Origin: a virus
DNA length: 33,369 nt
Reading direction: 5' to 3' (one strand)
Virus record (IMG/VR): IMGVR_UViG_3300025890_000010
Shown here one piece after another: positions 7,007 to 16,223 of this stretch. The position numbers were made by a program, and so were the translations under genes. Under the pieces are notes generated by a model. That model was not told the origin of the DNA, ran no database searches, and worked only from the letters and a program-made list of their open reading frames with translations. The number at the start of each line of letters is the position of its first letter. Position 1 is the stretch's first letter.

Positions 7007-7389
7007 TACTTTTTCCCCATAAACTGTTTTGTGCCTTTGAGACCTATGGCGGCCAGGCAAACCACGTAGACCAGATAGGTATACCACTCGGGCAACTCAG
7101 CTAGGCGGGCAAACCCGTTTTTGACTGTTTCTTCCATGCCAGGCACAAAACAGAGACACACGGGCGCCAATACCAAAATTGTGACAACTTCATCCTTCCA
7201 GCTATTGTGCGTGCCCTGGGCCATAATCTTCTCCCAGTCCGCCGTTGAGGTTTCTTTCGAGAGCAAAATTTTTGCTTTGGCCTCAGCCTCCGTTAATTTT
7301 AATTTAGCGTTGGCAGCTTGCGCTTGAGTTTTGGCACTTAGCCATCCACCCGCTAATTCAGCTACTGGGCCGATCAGTGCTTGCAGCAT
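7006..7389 (-). CDS. Holin candidate (multi-TM; resembles the GTA-type 3-TM holin family)
   Basis: Strong GGAGG RBS 6 nt upstream of the ATG at 7389. Hydrophobic segments VVTILVLAPVCLCFVPG and YTYLVYVVCLAAIGL. Positioned in the lysis cassette. Confidence 0.45.
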   Translation of the reverse strand: MLQALIGPVAELAGGWLSAKTQAQAANAKLKLTEAEAKAKILLSKETSTADWEKIMAQGTHNSWKDEVVTILVLAPVCLCFVPGMEETVKNGFARLAELPEWYTYLVYVVCLAAIGLKGTKQFMGKK

Positions 7390-7684
7390 TTTTAGCCTCC
7401 ATCATGTTAAATCCAAAATAACTAGCAATTACCCCGGAGCTTCCAATGACATAAACGCTTGCTATGTCTGTAATGAGCTCTGCCGCCTGCGATAAGCCGA
7501 CGTAAGAGGCGAAAAGGATTGCTACCGGGTAAGCGAGCATCCCAACAGTACACGCCACCACAAGGCGTCTCTGCACGTCTCTTTTCTTGTCCATGTCTTC
7601 CATGTTACGGCGTCGATCCTCAAGCATAATTTCGCGCTCATCTGGGTCAATTTTCCCGTTGCCGTTTATGTCGTATTCGCTCAT
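7358..7684 (-). CDS. Two-TM membrane protein with an N-terminal EF-hand-like calcium-binding loop
   Basis: MSEYDINGNGKIDPDE matches D-x-N-x-N-G-x-I-x-x-x-E. TMs are LVVACTVGMLAYPVAILFASYV and VYVIGSSGVIASYFGF. ATG at 7684; the track start at 7687 is TTG. Confidence 0.55.
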   Translation of the reverse strand: MSEYDINGNGKIDPDEREIMLEDRRRNMEDMDKKRDVQRRLVVACTVGMLAYPVAILFASYVGLSQAAELITDIASVYVIGSSGVIASYFGFNMMEAKNAASTDRPSS

Positions 7685-7789
7685 CAATTCGCCTCGCTAT
7701 TTTTAGGGCTATGCCCCGGTCCCTTGTAATTACAATTACCTTCCCGTTTTCGTCGTAAATTATGTATTTTCCGCGCCATTCTCTCAGTG

Positions 7790-7984
7790 TCACAACTCAA
7801 TTTTTATGCACACGACCTTTGATTTTTCGTTCGTTACAAGTACTTCAGCTTCCTCTTTGGCGATCTCGCACACCTCTTGCTTGGTGTAGCTGCCGACATG
7901 ATAATGCTCAAATTCACCACCATTGGCCGCGCTTGTTGTTAATTGAACCCAAAGTAGAACCCACATCACCAACGCCCTTGCCAT
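7790..7984 (-). CDS. Small secreted protein candidate (signal-peptide-like N-terminus)
   Basis: MARALVMWVLLWVQLTTSAANG. 64 aa. Overlaps the upstream gene by 19 nt. The RBS is weak. Confidence 0.35.
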   Translation of the reverse strand: MARALVMWVLLWVQLTTSAANGGEFEHYHVGSYTKQEVCEIAKEEAEVLVTNEKSKVVCIKIEL

Positions 7985-8442
7985 TTGCCTAAGAAGTAAA
8001 AGCCTGCAAACAAAATGCCTCCACTCAACACAAAAATGACCGCGCCAATTGCAAAGTTGATAGCCGCATCAATCTGTTCTTGCTTACGGTAAATCTCATC
8101 TTTGCGTTGCTTACGCATTTGAGCCTCAATCTGTAAAACTTCTTTCCATGCGCTAGGACCATAGTTCCAAGAGATATGATCTTTTATTTCAGCCCTCATT
8201 TGTTCCATTTTTTTCTTGTTTGCAAAGATTTCAATTGCTGTTTCTTCATCAGAGCCTTTGAAGGTTTTTTTCCAAAATGGGGGATCTTTTTCTCGCTTTT
8301 CTAATTCGTTAAAATCGCTAAAAGCCTTGCCCCAAGTTGACAGTTGGCTTGTCATATCTTGAAAATCACGCCCTGCACTTACTGCACCCTTGAGAGCCTT
8401 AAATGCGCCTGTTGCTAAAGCTACGCAGCTAACCGGGTCCAT
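7966..8442 (-). CDS. Hypothetical protein with a C-terminal TM anchor
   Basis: 158 aa. C-terminus AIGAVIFVLSGGILFAGFYFLG. Confidence 0.55.
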   Translation of the reverse strand: MDPVSCVALATGAFKALKGAVSAGRDFQDMTSQLSTWGKAFSDFNELEKREKDPPFWKKTFKGSDEETAIEIFANKKKMEQMRAEIKDHISWNYGPSAWKEVLQIEAQMRKQRKDEIYRKQEQIDAAINFAIGAVIFVLSGGILFAGFYFLGKWQGRW

Positions 8443-8446
8443 TGTC

Positions 8447-8644
8447 CTAGCTAAAAAACGTCATTCGTAGGAGTAACAGCAAGCTTGCGCCAGTAATGGA
8501 AATCATTATTGCTTCCATTTTCTTAATGCGATTGTACAAGTCCTTTAGCTGTATTCTCATTTCAGTTTTGATTTCCACCACCTCTTTTTCCAATCCATCA
8601 ATACGGCTATGGGCAGAGGCTACGGTACGCTTGTCAGTGCTCAC
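8447..8644 (-). CDS. Small coiled-coil protein with a C-terminal TM anchor
   Basis: GTG at 8644 is preceded by GGGAGGG (6-nt spacer). The track start at 8659 is TTG and would lie inside that RBS. Confidence 0.45.
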   Translation of the reverse strand: MSTDKRTVASAHSRIDGLEKEVVEIKTEMRIQLKDLYNRIKKMEAIMISITGASLLLLLRMTFFS

Positions 8645-8690
8645 CAAGAACCCTCCCAAATGCGTAGCTTGATCTTAAAATTCAACATTT

Positions 8691-8975
8691 CTAATATCCG
8701 TTTGCTACTAATTTTGAAAAATCACCACTGAGAAGCTTCTTTTTGACGTATGCTAGAAACTCCTGTGAACCAAGTGTTGTTCCTGACTCCCTCATCCACA
8801 TTTCAGCCACGACTAAAGGTATAGAACCGGCTAACCGTAGATCGCTGTTTCTGTTGTGGCCATCTATGTTTCGCTCTTTGTTGAAATCGAGTATGCGTTG
8901 CACGTCCTGAGAACGTTTTATGATGAGCTTGTTATCTTCAGTGTGGTAAGTGGTGTTTAAAAGTGTATTGCTCAT
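8691..8975 (-). CDS. Hypothetical protein
   Basis: The ATG at 8975 overlaps the upstream stop (ATGA). 94 aa. Confidence 0.55.
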   Translation of the reverse strand: MSNTLLNTTYHTEDNKLIIKRSQDVQRILDFNKERNIDGHNRNSDLRLAGSIPLVVAEMWMRESGTTLGSQEFLAYVKKKLLSGDFSKLVANGY

Positions 8976-9214
8976 TTTGGTGCCTCTCCACCTTCCCAAG
9001 CTTCATTGACGTTTGGGGTACTAGGACAATCTGCCATAAGTTGCCCTTTGTTGTTTCTTGCTCGCTTTGGTTTGCTTGTTGTTTTCACTTCTTCTGCAAA
9101 TCCATTTTCAATAAAAGTCGCAGCGTCTTCTGCACTCACCTCAACTACATCGCCCATGTTTTTAGGCTCATTGTTTAAAAACGGTTGGCGGTCTGTTGTT
9201 ATCTTTATTTTCAT
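8972..9214 (-). CDS. Small protein following the capsid gene (unknown; head-associated by position)
   Basis: 80 aa. AGGAGA RBS. Begins MKIKITTDRQPFL...GDVVEVSAEDAATFIENGFAEE. Confidence 0.55.
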   Translation of the reverse strand: MKIKITTDRQPFLNNEPKNMGDVVEVSAEDAATFIENGFAEEVKTTSKPKRARNNKGQLMADCPSTPNVNEAWEGGEAPK

Positions 9215-9231
9215 CTCATTCTCCTTGAAAG

Positions 9232-9256
9232 AGGGGCATTTCTGCCCCCCTTTTTT
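9232..9256. terminator. GC hairpin between the capsid gene and the next gene (GGGGCA-TTTC-TGCCCC), with the T-run on the plus strand only
   Basis: The plus strand reads GGGGCATTTCTGCCCCCCTTTTTT. On the coding (minus) strand the stem is followed by TCTTTC. It is a possible partial terminator after the capsid mRNA or a block to antisense transcription. Confidence 0.5.
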
Positions 9257-9258
9257 GG

Positions 9259-10251
9259 TTATGATGCGTTTACATCTGCCACAACGCCGTGGGCTTTTTG
9301 CGACGTTACCTGGAGTCCATATTCGCAGCTGATTAATCGCCGCTCTGATAGTCCGGTTTTCGCTAATGGCTCTTGCTTTGCTGTTTGTAGATAAGCAACT
9401 TCCGCATAGTTTGGATCAAGAACAAAAACATCTGGTGTATAATCTACACTAGACACTGTTCTTACGCGCATATGACGATTTGGCACTATCTGAAGCTCAC
9501 CAAAGTCACCAATATAAACATCAATAGCAGCGTTTAGTTTGCTATCTTCTGCCTCTTTAAAGCGTGTTGCGTTACCTGTAAAAGCAGATATTTTTTGCTT
9601 TTGTGCAGAACCACACATTACAACAGATGGTTGTGCTCCACTATCCCAACAGCCCTTGATAACATCTTTGAGCAATGTTTCTGTCAATGGTCTAAGAGTA
9701 CCGTCTGTCGCTGCTGCGTTAACAGAACCCGATTCACCTGTCCCAGATGTAGTACCGTTGGCACCACCAGAACCGCGTGAAACGTTAGAAGTTAGGTAAG
9801 CCGGTAAGCCTGCTGTTTGTCTAGCTGTACCAGATGACCCTGCTGCTGCTGCAACGTTTGCAAGCAACATAGCTTCCATGTCTCTTTTTAGTTCAGCTAG
9901 TTTGTAAGCTACTTGCTTCGCTACTGTTTGCGCGTTTGCTACACCATTAACAGCTTGGTTTGTAGATGATACCTCTACAACTTTTGCTGAAATTTGTGTG
10001 TAACCACCTTTGCGAACAGCGTTAGTGGGTGCCGTATTGGAAAGCCCCACATCGCCCTCTATTTGCCTATTTGCGCCAGTTGCCGCTAGGTCAACTTCAC
10101 TCCACTCAAAGTAAGTGTTGTCAACATTGCGAGAACCAATTGTGCTCATAAAAATAGTTTCAGTTGGGCTTATCGATGCCATTGCTTTACTCAAATCCTC
10201 GCGGATTGTTGTGACATCATATGTCTCATTTGTATTTGCTGTAACGGCCAT
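9259..10251 (-). CDS. Major capsid protein (HK97-fold; SU10/DUF5309-like by N-terminal pattern)
   Basis: 330 aa. N-terminus TIREDLSKAMASISPTETIFMSTIG...YFEWSEVDL. Lies immediately downstream of the scaffold gene. Confidence 0.8.
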   Translation of the reverse strand: MAVTANTNETYDVTTIREDLSKAMASISPTETIFMSTIGSRNVDNTYFEWSEVDLAATGANRQIEGDVGLSNTAPTNAVRKGGYTQISAKVVEVSSTNQAVNGVANAQTVAKQVAYKLAELKRDMEAMLLANVAAAAGSSGTARQTAGLPAYLTSNVSRGSGGANGTTSGTGESGSVNAAATDGTLRPLTETLLKDVIKGCWDSGAQPSVVMCGSAQKQKISAFTGNATRFKEAEDSKLNAAIDVYIGDFGELQIVPNRHMRVRTVSSVDYTPDVFVLDPNYAEVAYLQTAKQEPLAKTGLSERRLISCEYGLQVTSQKAHGVVADVNAS

Positions 10252-10278
10252 TGCTTTTTCCTTTCGCTAAATATACCG

Positions 10279-10294
10279 TTTGGTACTTGTATAA
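10279..10294 (+). promoter_or_regulatory. Copy of the recurrent 16-mer (TTTGGTACTTGTATAA) in the scaffold-capsid gap
   Basis: Identical 16-mer to 11223..11238. Lies 27 nt upstream (minus-strand sense) of the capsid ATG. Confidence 0.5.
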
Positions 10295-10297
10295 AAA

Positions 10298-11278
10298 TTA
10301 CGGGTTTAAGAGATAATTAGCTATGCTATCAATATCACCTTTCGCCCTCATTACTGCTTCTGCCTTTTTACTTGCAGCAGCCTTTCCTTGGCTAAGACGT
10401 TTTTTTGCACCGGCTTTAACAGGGGCAATGCTTTCTTTTGAAGAAGTTGCTTTGCCGCGCTTTTGCACAAGCTTACGAAAACGCATGGCATCATACATTG
10501 CTAGTATATACCTGTGATCTCGCACGCTCTCCAATTCCTGTGACGTAAACCCATAGTGCTCTCCTACTTCCATCAAGCCTTTTTTTATTGCTTCGCCTTT
10601 TTCTGGGTCTGCAAGAACGGGTAATCTTTCTGTTAGTAATTGAGTTTGCTGTTGGGTAAACGCTTGCAATTGTTGCTGCTTTCGTTGTGCACTCTGCTGC
10701 TCCATCTGCAAAAAATGTTGTACGTTGGTATCATATTCAGCCTTGGCCTCGTCGTAAGACAACTTTGCTTCCATATAAGCTATGGGATCATTGTTGAATA
10801 ACTCTTTTGACGGTGGGGTAGGCTCAGATAGACCATTTTGTTGCGCTTTTTTAAAAAACTCTGCCTGTTGGTTTTGCTGTTGTGCTAACGCATTTGATTG
10901 CTCTTGTACTTGTTTTTCAAGCTGTGCAATCTCTTGCATTCGCCTTTGGATGTAATCTTGACCGGCGTTATTGCGCTTTAGCTCCCCAAGGGTTGCTTTC
11001 TTCATCTGACCATCGGCTTTGTATTCAATTTCGAGGTCATCAGAAAGCTCTAGAGGGGCGGCGGTTTCTTCCTCAAGATCATCCGCATCTAATTGATCGA
11101 GTAGATCATCGTCTGCATCATTCTCAGCTTGTTCAACTACGTCAGTCTCTTGTTGAGGTTCTTCAATAATTTCTTCGCTAGATGCTTCTACTACTTCTTC
11201 TGTAGTATCTTCAGTCCTAGTATTTGGTACTTGTATAAGCTGCTCAACGGCAGCATCAATTGTGTTAGGCGTGTTCAC
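10298..11278 (-). CDS. Scaffolding protein
   Basis: 326 aa. Very acidic N-terminal third, Q/E/K-rich coiled-coil centre. Lies between the portal and capsid genes. Confidence 0.6.
   Translation of the reverse strand: MNTPNTIDAAVEQLIQVPNTRTEDTTEEVVEASSEEIIEEPQQETDVVEQAENDADDDLLDQLDADDLEEETAAPLELSDDLEIEYKADGQMKKATLGELKRNNAGQDYIQRRMQEIAQLEKQVQEQSNALAQQQNQQAEFFKKAQQNGLSEPTPPSKELFNNDPIAYMEAKLSYDEAKAEYDTNVQHFLQMEQQSAQRKQQQLQAFTQQQTQLLTERLPVLADPEKGEAIKKGLMEVGEHYGFTSQELESVRDHRYILAMYDAMRFRKLVQKRGKATSSKESIAPVKAGAKKRLSQGKAAASKKAEAVMRAKGDIDSIANYLLNP
11223..11238 (+). promoter_or_regulatory. Copy of the recurrent 16-mer (TTTGGTACTTGTATAA) inside the 5' end of the scaffold CDS
   Basis: Exact 16-mer. On the minus strand it encodes QLIQVPNT. 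Confidence 0.4.
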
Positions 11279-11282
11279 GGTG

Positions 11283-11519
11283 CTAACCTTTCCTTAAATC
11301 TAGAAATGTCTCTGCCGCAATAGCAGCGTCAAGGTTCATTTCAATTGCTTGTAATGCACGAATTATTGCGTGCGCTTCTTCACGACGCTCAATTTCTGAG
11401 GCATCGCTAGTTGCAAAAACGTCTTTCTGACGCTCTCGAACATCCTGAACAAACTGCTTGAATGCAGTATCGTTTTTTAACCTTTTGGCTTCGTTGGCCG
11501 TTATGCGGATATTGGTCAT
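11283..11519 (-). CDS. Hypothetical small helical protein
   Basis: 78 aa. ATGA overlap with the portal stop. Confidence 0.55.
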   Translation of the reverse strand: MTNIRITANEAKRLKNDTAFKQFVQDVRERQKDVFATSDASEIERREEAHAIIRALQAIEMNLDAAIAAETFLDLRKG

Positions 11520-13591
11520 TGTCCTCTAGCAATCCCTGCAACGGTTCTAAGCTTATCTTGCTCTGCTTTTACTCTAGCCACGTCTACAGCAGTGCCGTAC
11601 TGACCCGCAACTTTTGCTGCATCAACAAGTAAATCTTGCGCCATCTGATCGCGTTTCAAATCATCATCTGCTGCTGCTTTGGTTGCGTCTAGCTGTAGCT
11701 TTGCCATGTCAGATTGCATCTTGGCTTGGGCTTTCATTTGCTCTGCTTGTAAAAATGCAGCGTTGGGGTCTTGTTGCTGTTGCGCCATCATTGCTTGTTG
11801 CTGCTGTTGTAACGCCAACATTTGCTGTTCGATCTCCTGGTTGATCGGCGCAAAGTATCTATCTGAGTTACGCACCCCGGCAACTGCCATCATATCAGTA
11901 ATTGTATTGCGTATGTTTGTTAGGCTAACCAAGCCATTCATAGGGCCATACTGTTGATATACTTGGGTCTGCATTGTTAGTGCTTGCTGTAAGGCAGCTA
12001 CCTTTTCATCTTCGCGTCCAGTACCCAAGCCAACATTTACGCTTACATCCATTGATATATCCCAGACTCTAGGATCAACTGGAACAAACTGACCGTTCAT
12101 ACGCATCATTTTTTCTTCGTTAAAGTTCTTGTGCATGATACGCAGAATAATTTTAAACAAGTCTCTTAGCCCATCAGCAAGATTACGGACCATAACTTCA
12201 ACTTGGCCTGCTGCTGCCTCTACACTTGCTGTAACGGCTGCTTTGGTTGTGGACTGTAAAGCATCAGGATTAAGTGCAAGGTTCTGGGTAACGCCTGTTT
12301 TTTGTTCTACAAGCTTATCCATATACGTTAGGGCGCTAAGTGTCTGGCCTGCTGTAAACGGCACGCTTAAATCTTGTATACTGCCTTGCTGCCTCATTCT
12401 GATTAAGCCGCCAATCTCTGCGTTCATAAGGTCATCTACGTTTACGCTTCCTTCGAGAAAACCAAGTCTAGGGCTGTTTGTTAATGCTACGTTATCGAGT
12501 ATGCCACGCAATATTGCAGTACTTGCGTCTTGGTCATCTGCAATAAGCTCACAAAGGCTACGCCCATAAAACGAATGAGGCTCTGGGTCTATTTCAAGCT
12601 TGACCATTGGCACTTCATCACAAGGCTCAAAATCTAGTAATTCATAGGAAGTACCACCCAACAGGAACTTGTGCAGAACAGGCACACCAGTACCGTCCAC
12701 ATCAATTCTCATATAAGCCTCACTTATTGCTATATTTTTCATTGTTGGGTCTTGCTCATTCTCATCAGCAAAATCTTCATTATACCCTTGCCGCGCCTGC
12801 ACCTCTGTTTCGGTCATCTCAAAACCGCTAATAATACCGTCAAGGCCCAATACTATGTCTGGGTCATAACCCATTGCGATTACATCACCGGCACGCATTT
12901 CAGTTCTATGGGCTACAATGTACGCATCCTCTATCGTTCTGGCATCTCGATTTACGAAAAACTCCTCTGGCGGTACGCTTTCTATGCAAAGATCGCCCTT
13001 CATTTCTTTTCGGCTAAGTTTTACTGCAAAAATTGGCGCTTCTATATCCATGCCAAACTCATCCATTTCCATACGCATTTCCATGCTTTGCTCAAGCACT
13101 TCAACGTCGGGATCGCTTGTAAGTAAGCTTAACTCATCTTCCGAAAGGTCTGATAACGTGTATATTTTTGCTGTTGAGTATTCCTTATGATACGCCTTGA
13201 TAATGCCTTGTTTTTTAACGAGCGCGTCATGGATTGCATCAGATAAAACACGGTAGCCATTTAGTCTGTTAAACTCATGGTTTATAAAGTCTGTGGCTTG
13301 TTCTGCCATCGCAACATCTTCTGGGCCGTGCGGAACAAACTCAACGGCTTTGCTTGTAGACATAAACACACGCATAATTGATGGTTTGACGCTGCGCACA
13401 ACATCTCTCACAGAGGTCTTAACCACCTTGCTTCTGCCATCTTCATAGCCAATATCTACTTCGCCATCGTAATAACGTTGCGCTTTTAGTCTTGTGTCGC
13501 TTATTTCGCTTTCAACAAAATCAACTGCGTTTTGCATAGCGTCTTGGACAATTGCAGATATTTCTTGTTCTGTTTTAGGTTGTATTTCCAT
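11516..13591 (-). CDS. Portal protein
   Basis: 691 aa. Lies upstream of the scaffold and capsid genes. Q-rich helical C-terminal region (QQMLALQQQQQAMMAQQQQ). Confidence 0.75.
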   Translation of the reverse strand: MEIQPKTEQEISAIVQDAMQNAVDFVESEISDTRLKAQRYYDGEVDIGYEDGRSKVVKTSVRDVVRSVKPSIMRVFMSTSKAVEFVPHGPEDVAMAEQATDFINHEFNRLNGYRVLSDAIHDALVKKQGIIKAYHKEYSTAKIYTLSDLSEDELSLLTSDPDVEVLEQSMEMRMEMDEFGMDIEAPIFAVKLSRKEMKGDLCIESVPPEEFFVNRDARTIEDAYIVAHRTEMRAGDVIAMGYDPDIVLGLDGIISGFEMTETEVQARQGYNEDFADENEQDPTMKNIAISEAYMRIDVDGTGVPVLHKFLLGGTSYELLDFEPCDEVPMVKLEIDPEPHSFYGRSLCELIADDQDASTAILRGILDNVALTNSPRLGFLEGSVNVDDLMNAEIGGLIRMRQQGSIQDLSVPFTAGQTLSALTYMDKLVEQKTGVTQNLALNPDALQSTTKAAVTASVEAAAGQVEVMVRNLADGLRDLFKIILRIMHKNFNEEKMMRMNGQFVPVDPRVWDISMDVSVNVGLGTGREDEKVAALQQALTMQTQVYQQYGPMNGLVSLTNIRNTITDMMAVAGVRNSDRYFAPINQEIEQQMLALQQQQQAMMAQQQQDPNAAFLQAEQMKAQAKMQSDMAKLQLDATKAAADDDLKRDQMAQDLLVDAAKVAGQYGTAVDVARVKAEQDKLRTVAGIARGQ

Positions 13592-13604
13592 GCTTTGCCC
13601 TTAC

Positions 13605-15197
13605 TTATTGCGCTATAGCTTGACCTGATAAATATGTAGCTAATGCTGCTCTTGCACGCTCTCGACCAACAGGCGTTAAGTTACGCCCTTGTAAAATGCC
13701 GTTTATCAAATTATCTACGTTTCTTTTTTGCAGTTGTGAGCCTGTTGCTTTACCGGCAATACCTAAACCTGCGGTGCTTGCTGCAACCGTGCCTAAAACA
13801 GCAGGGTCATTAGAAATGTTTGTAGCTAATGCAACTGGAACACCAGTGCCCAAACCTAAAGAAACAACTCCCGTAGGTGCTAATTTACCAACAAAGCGAG
13901 CAATGTTTTCTGCGCCGCCACCCTCTACTATTTGCCTAAGTTGTTGAAACTCATCTTGTGTCCAACCCACTTCTTTACCATCTATAATGCGCCTTACTAA
14001 TGGGCGAAACTCTGCACGAATTGCATTTTCTAAATCCATATTTGCAGTTGCAGATCGAGTTCTAGCTAACTCTAACAAGGTTTCAATTTGCTCTGCTTTC
14101 ATTGCTTTTGCGTACATAGCATTTGCAACTTTAATATTTGGAGCAATGCTTGCAGTTTGTTGGTCAAATTCTCTTAACAAATTACGCAATGCATTTTTTT
14201 CTGAACCTTTTGCATCCTGGTAACGACTGTTCAAACCTTTACGTATTGCCAGAATATTTGCGCCTGTCATGCCTTTGTCTTTGTATGCATCAAGTAATTT
14301 GAAGGCACCGCGCAACTTTGGATAATCGGGATCAATTACAATACGATTATCTGATCTTGGCAAAAGCAAACCGTTACGATTTAAAATATTATAGGAGTTT
14401 TCAAATATAGTTTCTGTTATTTCTGGCTGCGCTGATAAACCTTCATCAATTTGGTTTTCATATAGGTTGCCGGCTTGTCTTTTTAGTTCCGCAGACGTTA
14501 AAGGGCCAGTAGGTGCTTTTTTCACTAATCGTTCTGCAACTGAGACTGATTTTGCGCCACCTAATGCACCAAGAATATTTCCTACCATTTGTGCAGTTGG
14601 ATTATCTGGTAAAATTTCCTCAACAGCTTGCTCCGATGCACCACCCGCCAAAGAAGCTGCCGCATCAGTTGCTGCAAACATTGCAGGCGCTTTTACTGCT
14701 TCTGTTTTAACTTGGGCTAATGCATTTTTTCCCGCTTGTATAACTGTTGGCGCTGCATTTACGGCTGCTTTTGGCGCTAATGCTAATATACCCGCAGCAG
14801 CAGGTATTGTTTCTCCTAAAGTTTCAGTGCCACCCCTTACGATACGCTGTGCTCTTGTCTGAGGCGCTACATCTGTCATGGCGCTATCATTACTAAGCAT
14901 TTGAAAGAGATTTCTTATGCTTTGCGAACCACCAACAGGAGCATCACCAGTATCAAGCCCTAATTTATTTAATCCAGATGAAATAATATCTACCGGCGCA
15001 CCGGCTCCACGCGCAACACCTTCATAAAACCCTGTTAGGGCTTGCTCTGTCATATTTGTAGAAACTGGATTAACTGGCTTTTCATTCCTTTTTGATATTT
15101 CTTGCTCAATAATTAAAGCACTTGCAGCATCTTTGGCAGCAACCGCCTTACTCAACGCATTTTGCAATTGGTCATCTGTTTTTGTGCTTAAATCCAT
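13605..15197 (-). CDS. Ala/Gly-rich virion protein, unknown function (internal/ejection protein candidate)
   Basis: 530 aa ORF in the structural operon. No motif recognised. Confidence 0.5.
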   Translation of the reverse strand: MDLSTKTDDQLQNALSKAVAAKDAASALIIEQEISKRNEKPVNPVSTNMTEQALTGFYEGVARGAGAPVDIISSGLNKLGLDTGDAPVGGSQSIRNLFQMLSNDSAMTDVAPQTRAQRIVRGGTETLGETIPAAAGILALAPKAAVNAAPTVIQAGKNALAQVKTEAVKAPAMFAATDAAASLAGGASEQAVEEILPDNPTAQMVGNILGALGGAKSVSVAERLVKKAPTGPLTSAELKRQAGNLYENQIDEGLSAQPEITETIFENSYNILNRNGLLLPRSDNRIVIDPDYPKLRGAFKLLDAYKDKGMTGANILAIRKGLNSRYQDAKGSEKNALRNLLREFDQQTASIAPNIKVANAMYAKAMKAEQIETLLELARTRSATANMDLENAIRAEFRPLVRRIIDGKEVGWTQDEFQQLRQIVEGGGAENIARFVGKLAPTGVVSLGLGTGVPVALATNISNDPAVLGTVAASTAGLGIAGKATGSQLQKRNVDNLINGILQGRNLTPVGRERARAALATYLSGQAIAQ

Positions 15198-15206
15198 TAT
15201 ATTACC

Positions 15207-16214
15207 TTATTGAAAATAATCTTCTACACTTGAACTAGCGGCAAAAGGGTCTGTACGATCTAAAAGCTCTTGAAATGCTTGTGTTTGCGTAATATCGCCA
15301 CGTCTGTATTTTTGAATAATAGTTGCGCCTTGTGCATCATATTCAGCAATTCCGCGCATAGTTTTTAGAATTAATTGGTTGCCGCCAGGTAAATTGATAA
15401 GTCTTGGAAGCGACTGTTTAAATAATAGCAAATCAGCATCAGACATTGGCCCAGAACCTGGCGTTCTTTGTTGGGGCACAAGTTGATTTATTAATGCTTG
15501 GGCAGCTTGTAAATCGCTTAAACCTTCTGTTTCTATGCCAAAATTACCAGCAGCAAATTTAAACGCAGCAGCGGGGCCAGTATCGGCTCGTGATAAAAGT
15601 TGCTCCAATCTATTTATTTTATTGAGACTGCTTTGCGCTGTTGCGCCCACCTTAAAAGCCTCAGATAAAATTTTACTATCTTCTTCTGCAAACTTTGTAG
15701 CGCCTTTATTGTCTGCTGTATTCACATTTACAGTAGAACCACCACCACCAACTTGAGAAATTTTGCCTGTTGAAGATACATTGAACAAAGACTCTGCTGG
15801 TAAATTAGTGCCTTGCGCTTGGTTAAGCTGCGCACCAGTAAATGTTTGAAAGTTTTCTTTCGGAGATTGAAACATTTGGCCATAATATAAAGCCATTGCA
15901 TCTTTTAAGCCTAAACTGCCCGCCTCCAAAGCGCCTACAATTTGACCAGCAGTAGCATCACCGCGTTGTGCTCTCGATTTAAGAAAAGCTGTAGTTTTAT
16001 TTACTTTATCTTGCGCCTTACGTTCTTGTATATCACTTGCCGCCATATTCATCAAAGGCCGTAGCTGTTGTGGGTTGCCAGACAAGCTCATCAAAGCAAT
16101 TGCTAATTTATCGCTTGCGTTTTGATCTCGACCAGTAATTGCATCACCTAAACGACCAAACCCACGCTGCACGCCTTGACCAATATTTGCAAGTAATCCT
16201 CTTTGTTCAACCAT
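15207..16214 (-). CDS. Hypothetical virion protein
   Basis: 335 aa ORF, tightly packed in the structural operon. Confidence 0.5.
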   Translation of the reverse strand: MVEQRGLLANIGQGVQRGFGRLGDAITGRDQNASDKLAIALMSLSGNPQQLRPLMNMAASDIQERKAQDKVNKTTAFLKSRAQRGDATAGQIVGALEAGSLGLKDAMALYYGQMFQSPKENFQTFTGAQLNQAQGTNLPAESLFNVSSTGKISQVGGGGSTVNVNTADNKGATKFAEEDSKILSEAFKVGATAQSSLNKINRLEQLLSRADTGPAAAFKFAAGNFGIETEGLSDLQAAQALINQLVPQQRTPGSGPMSDADLLLFKQSLPRLINLPGGNQLILKTMRGIAEYDAQGATIIQKYRRGDITQTQAFQELLDRTDPFAASSSVEDYFQ

Positions 16215-16223
16215 ACTTAACTC

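Noticed and set aside
7687-7779. 31-aa minus-strand ORF (MARKIHNLRRKREGNCNYKGPGHSPKNSEAN) in the gap upstream of the EF-hand gene
   Set aside because: Its stop is coupled to the next start, but there is no convincing RBS and it is very short. The evidence is insufficient to call it.
12129-13190. Plus-strand ORFs of 146, 74, 151 and 90 aa inside the portal gene
   Set aside because: They are antisense to a well-supported 691-aa CDS. The translations are low-complexity (for example the CCCC and ISLTYCYIF runs). They are typical shadow ORFs.
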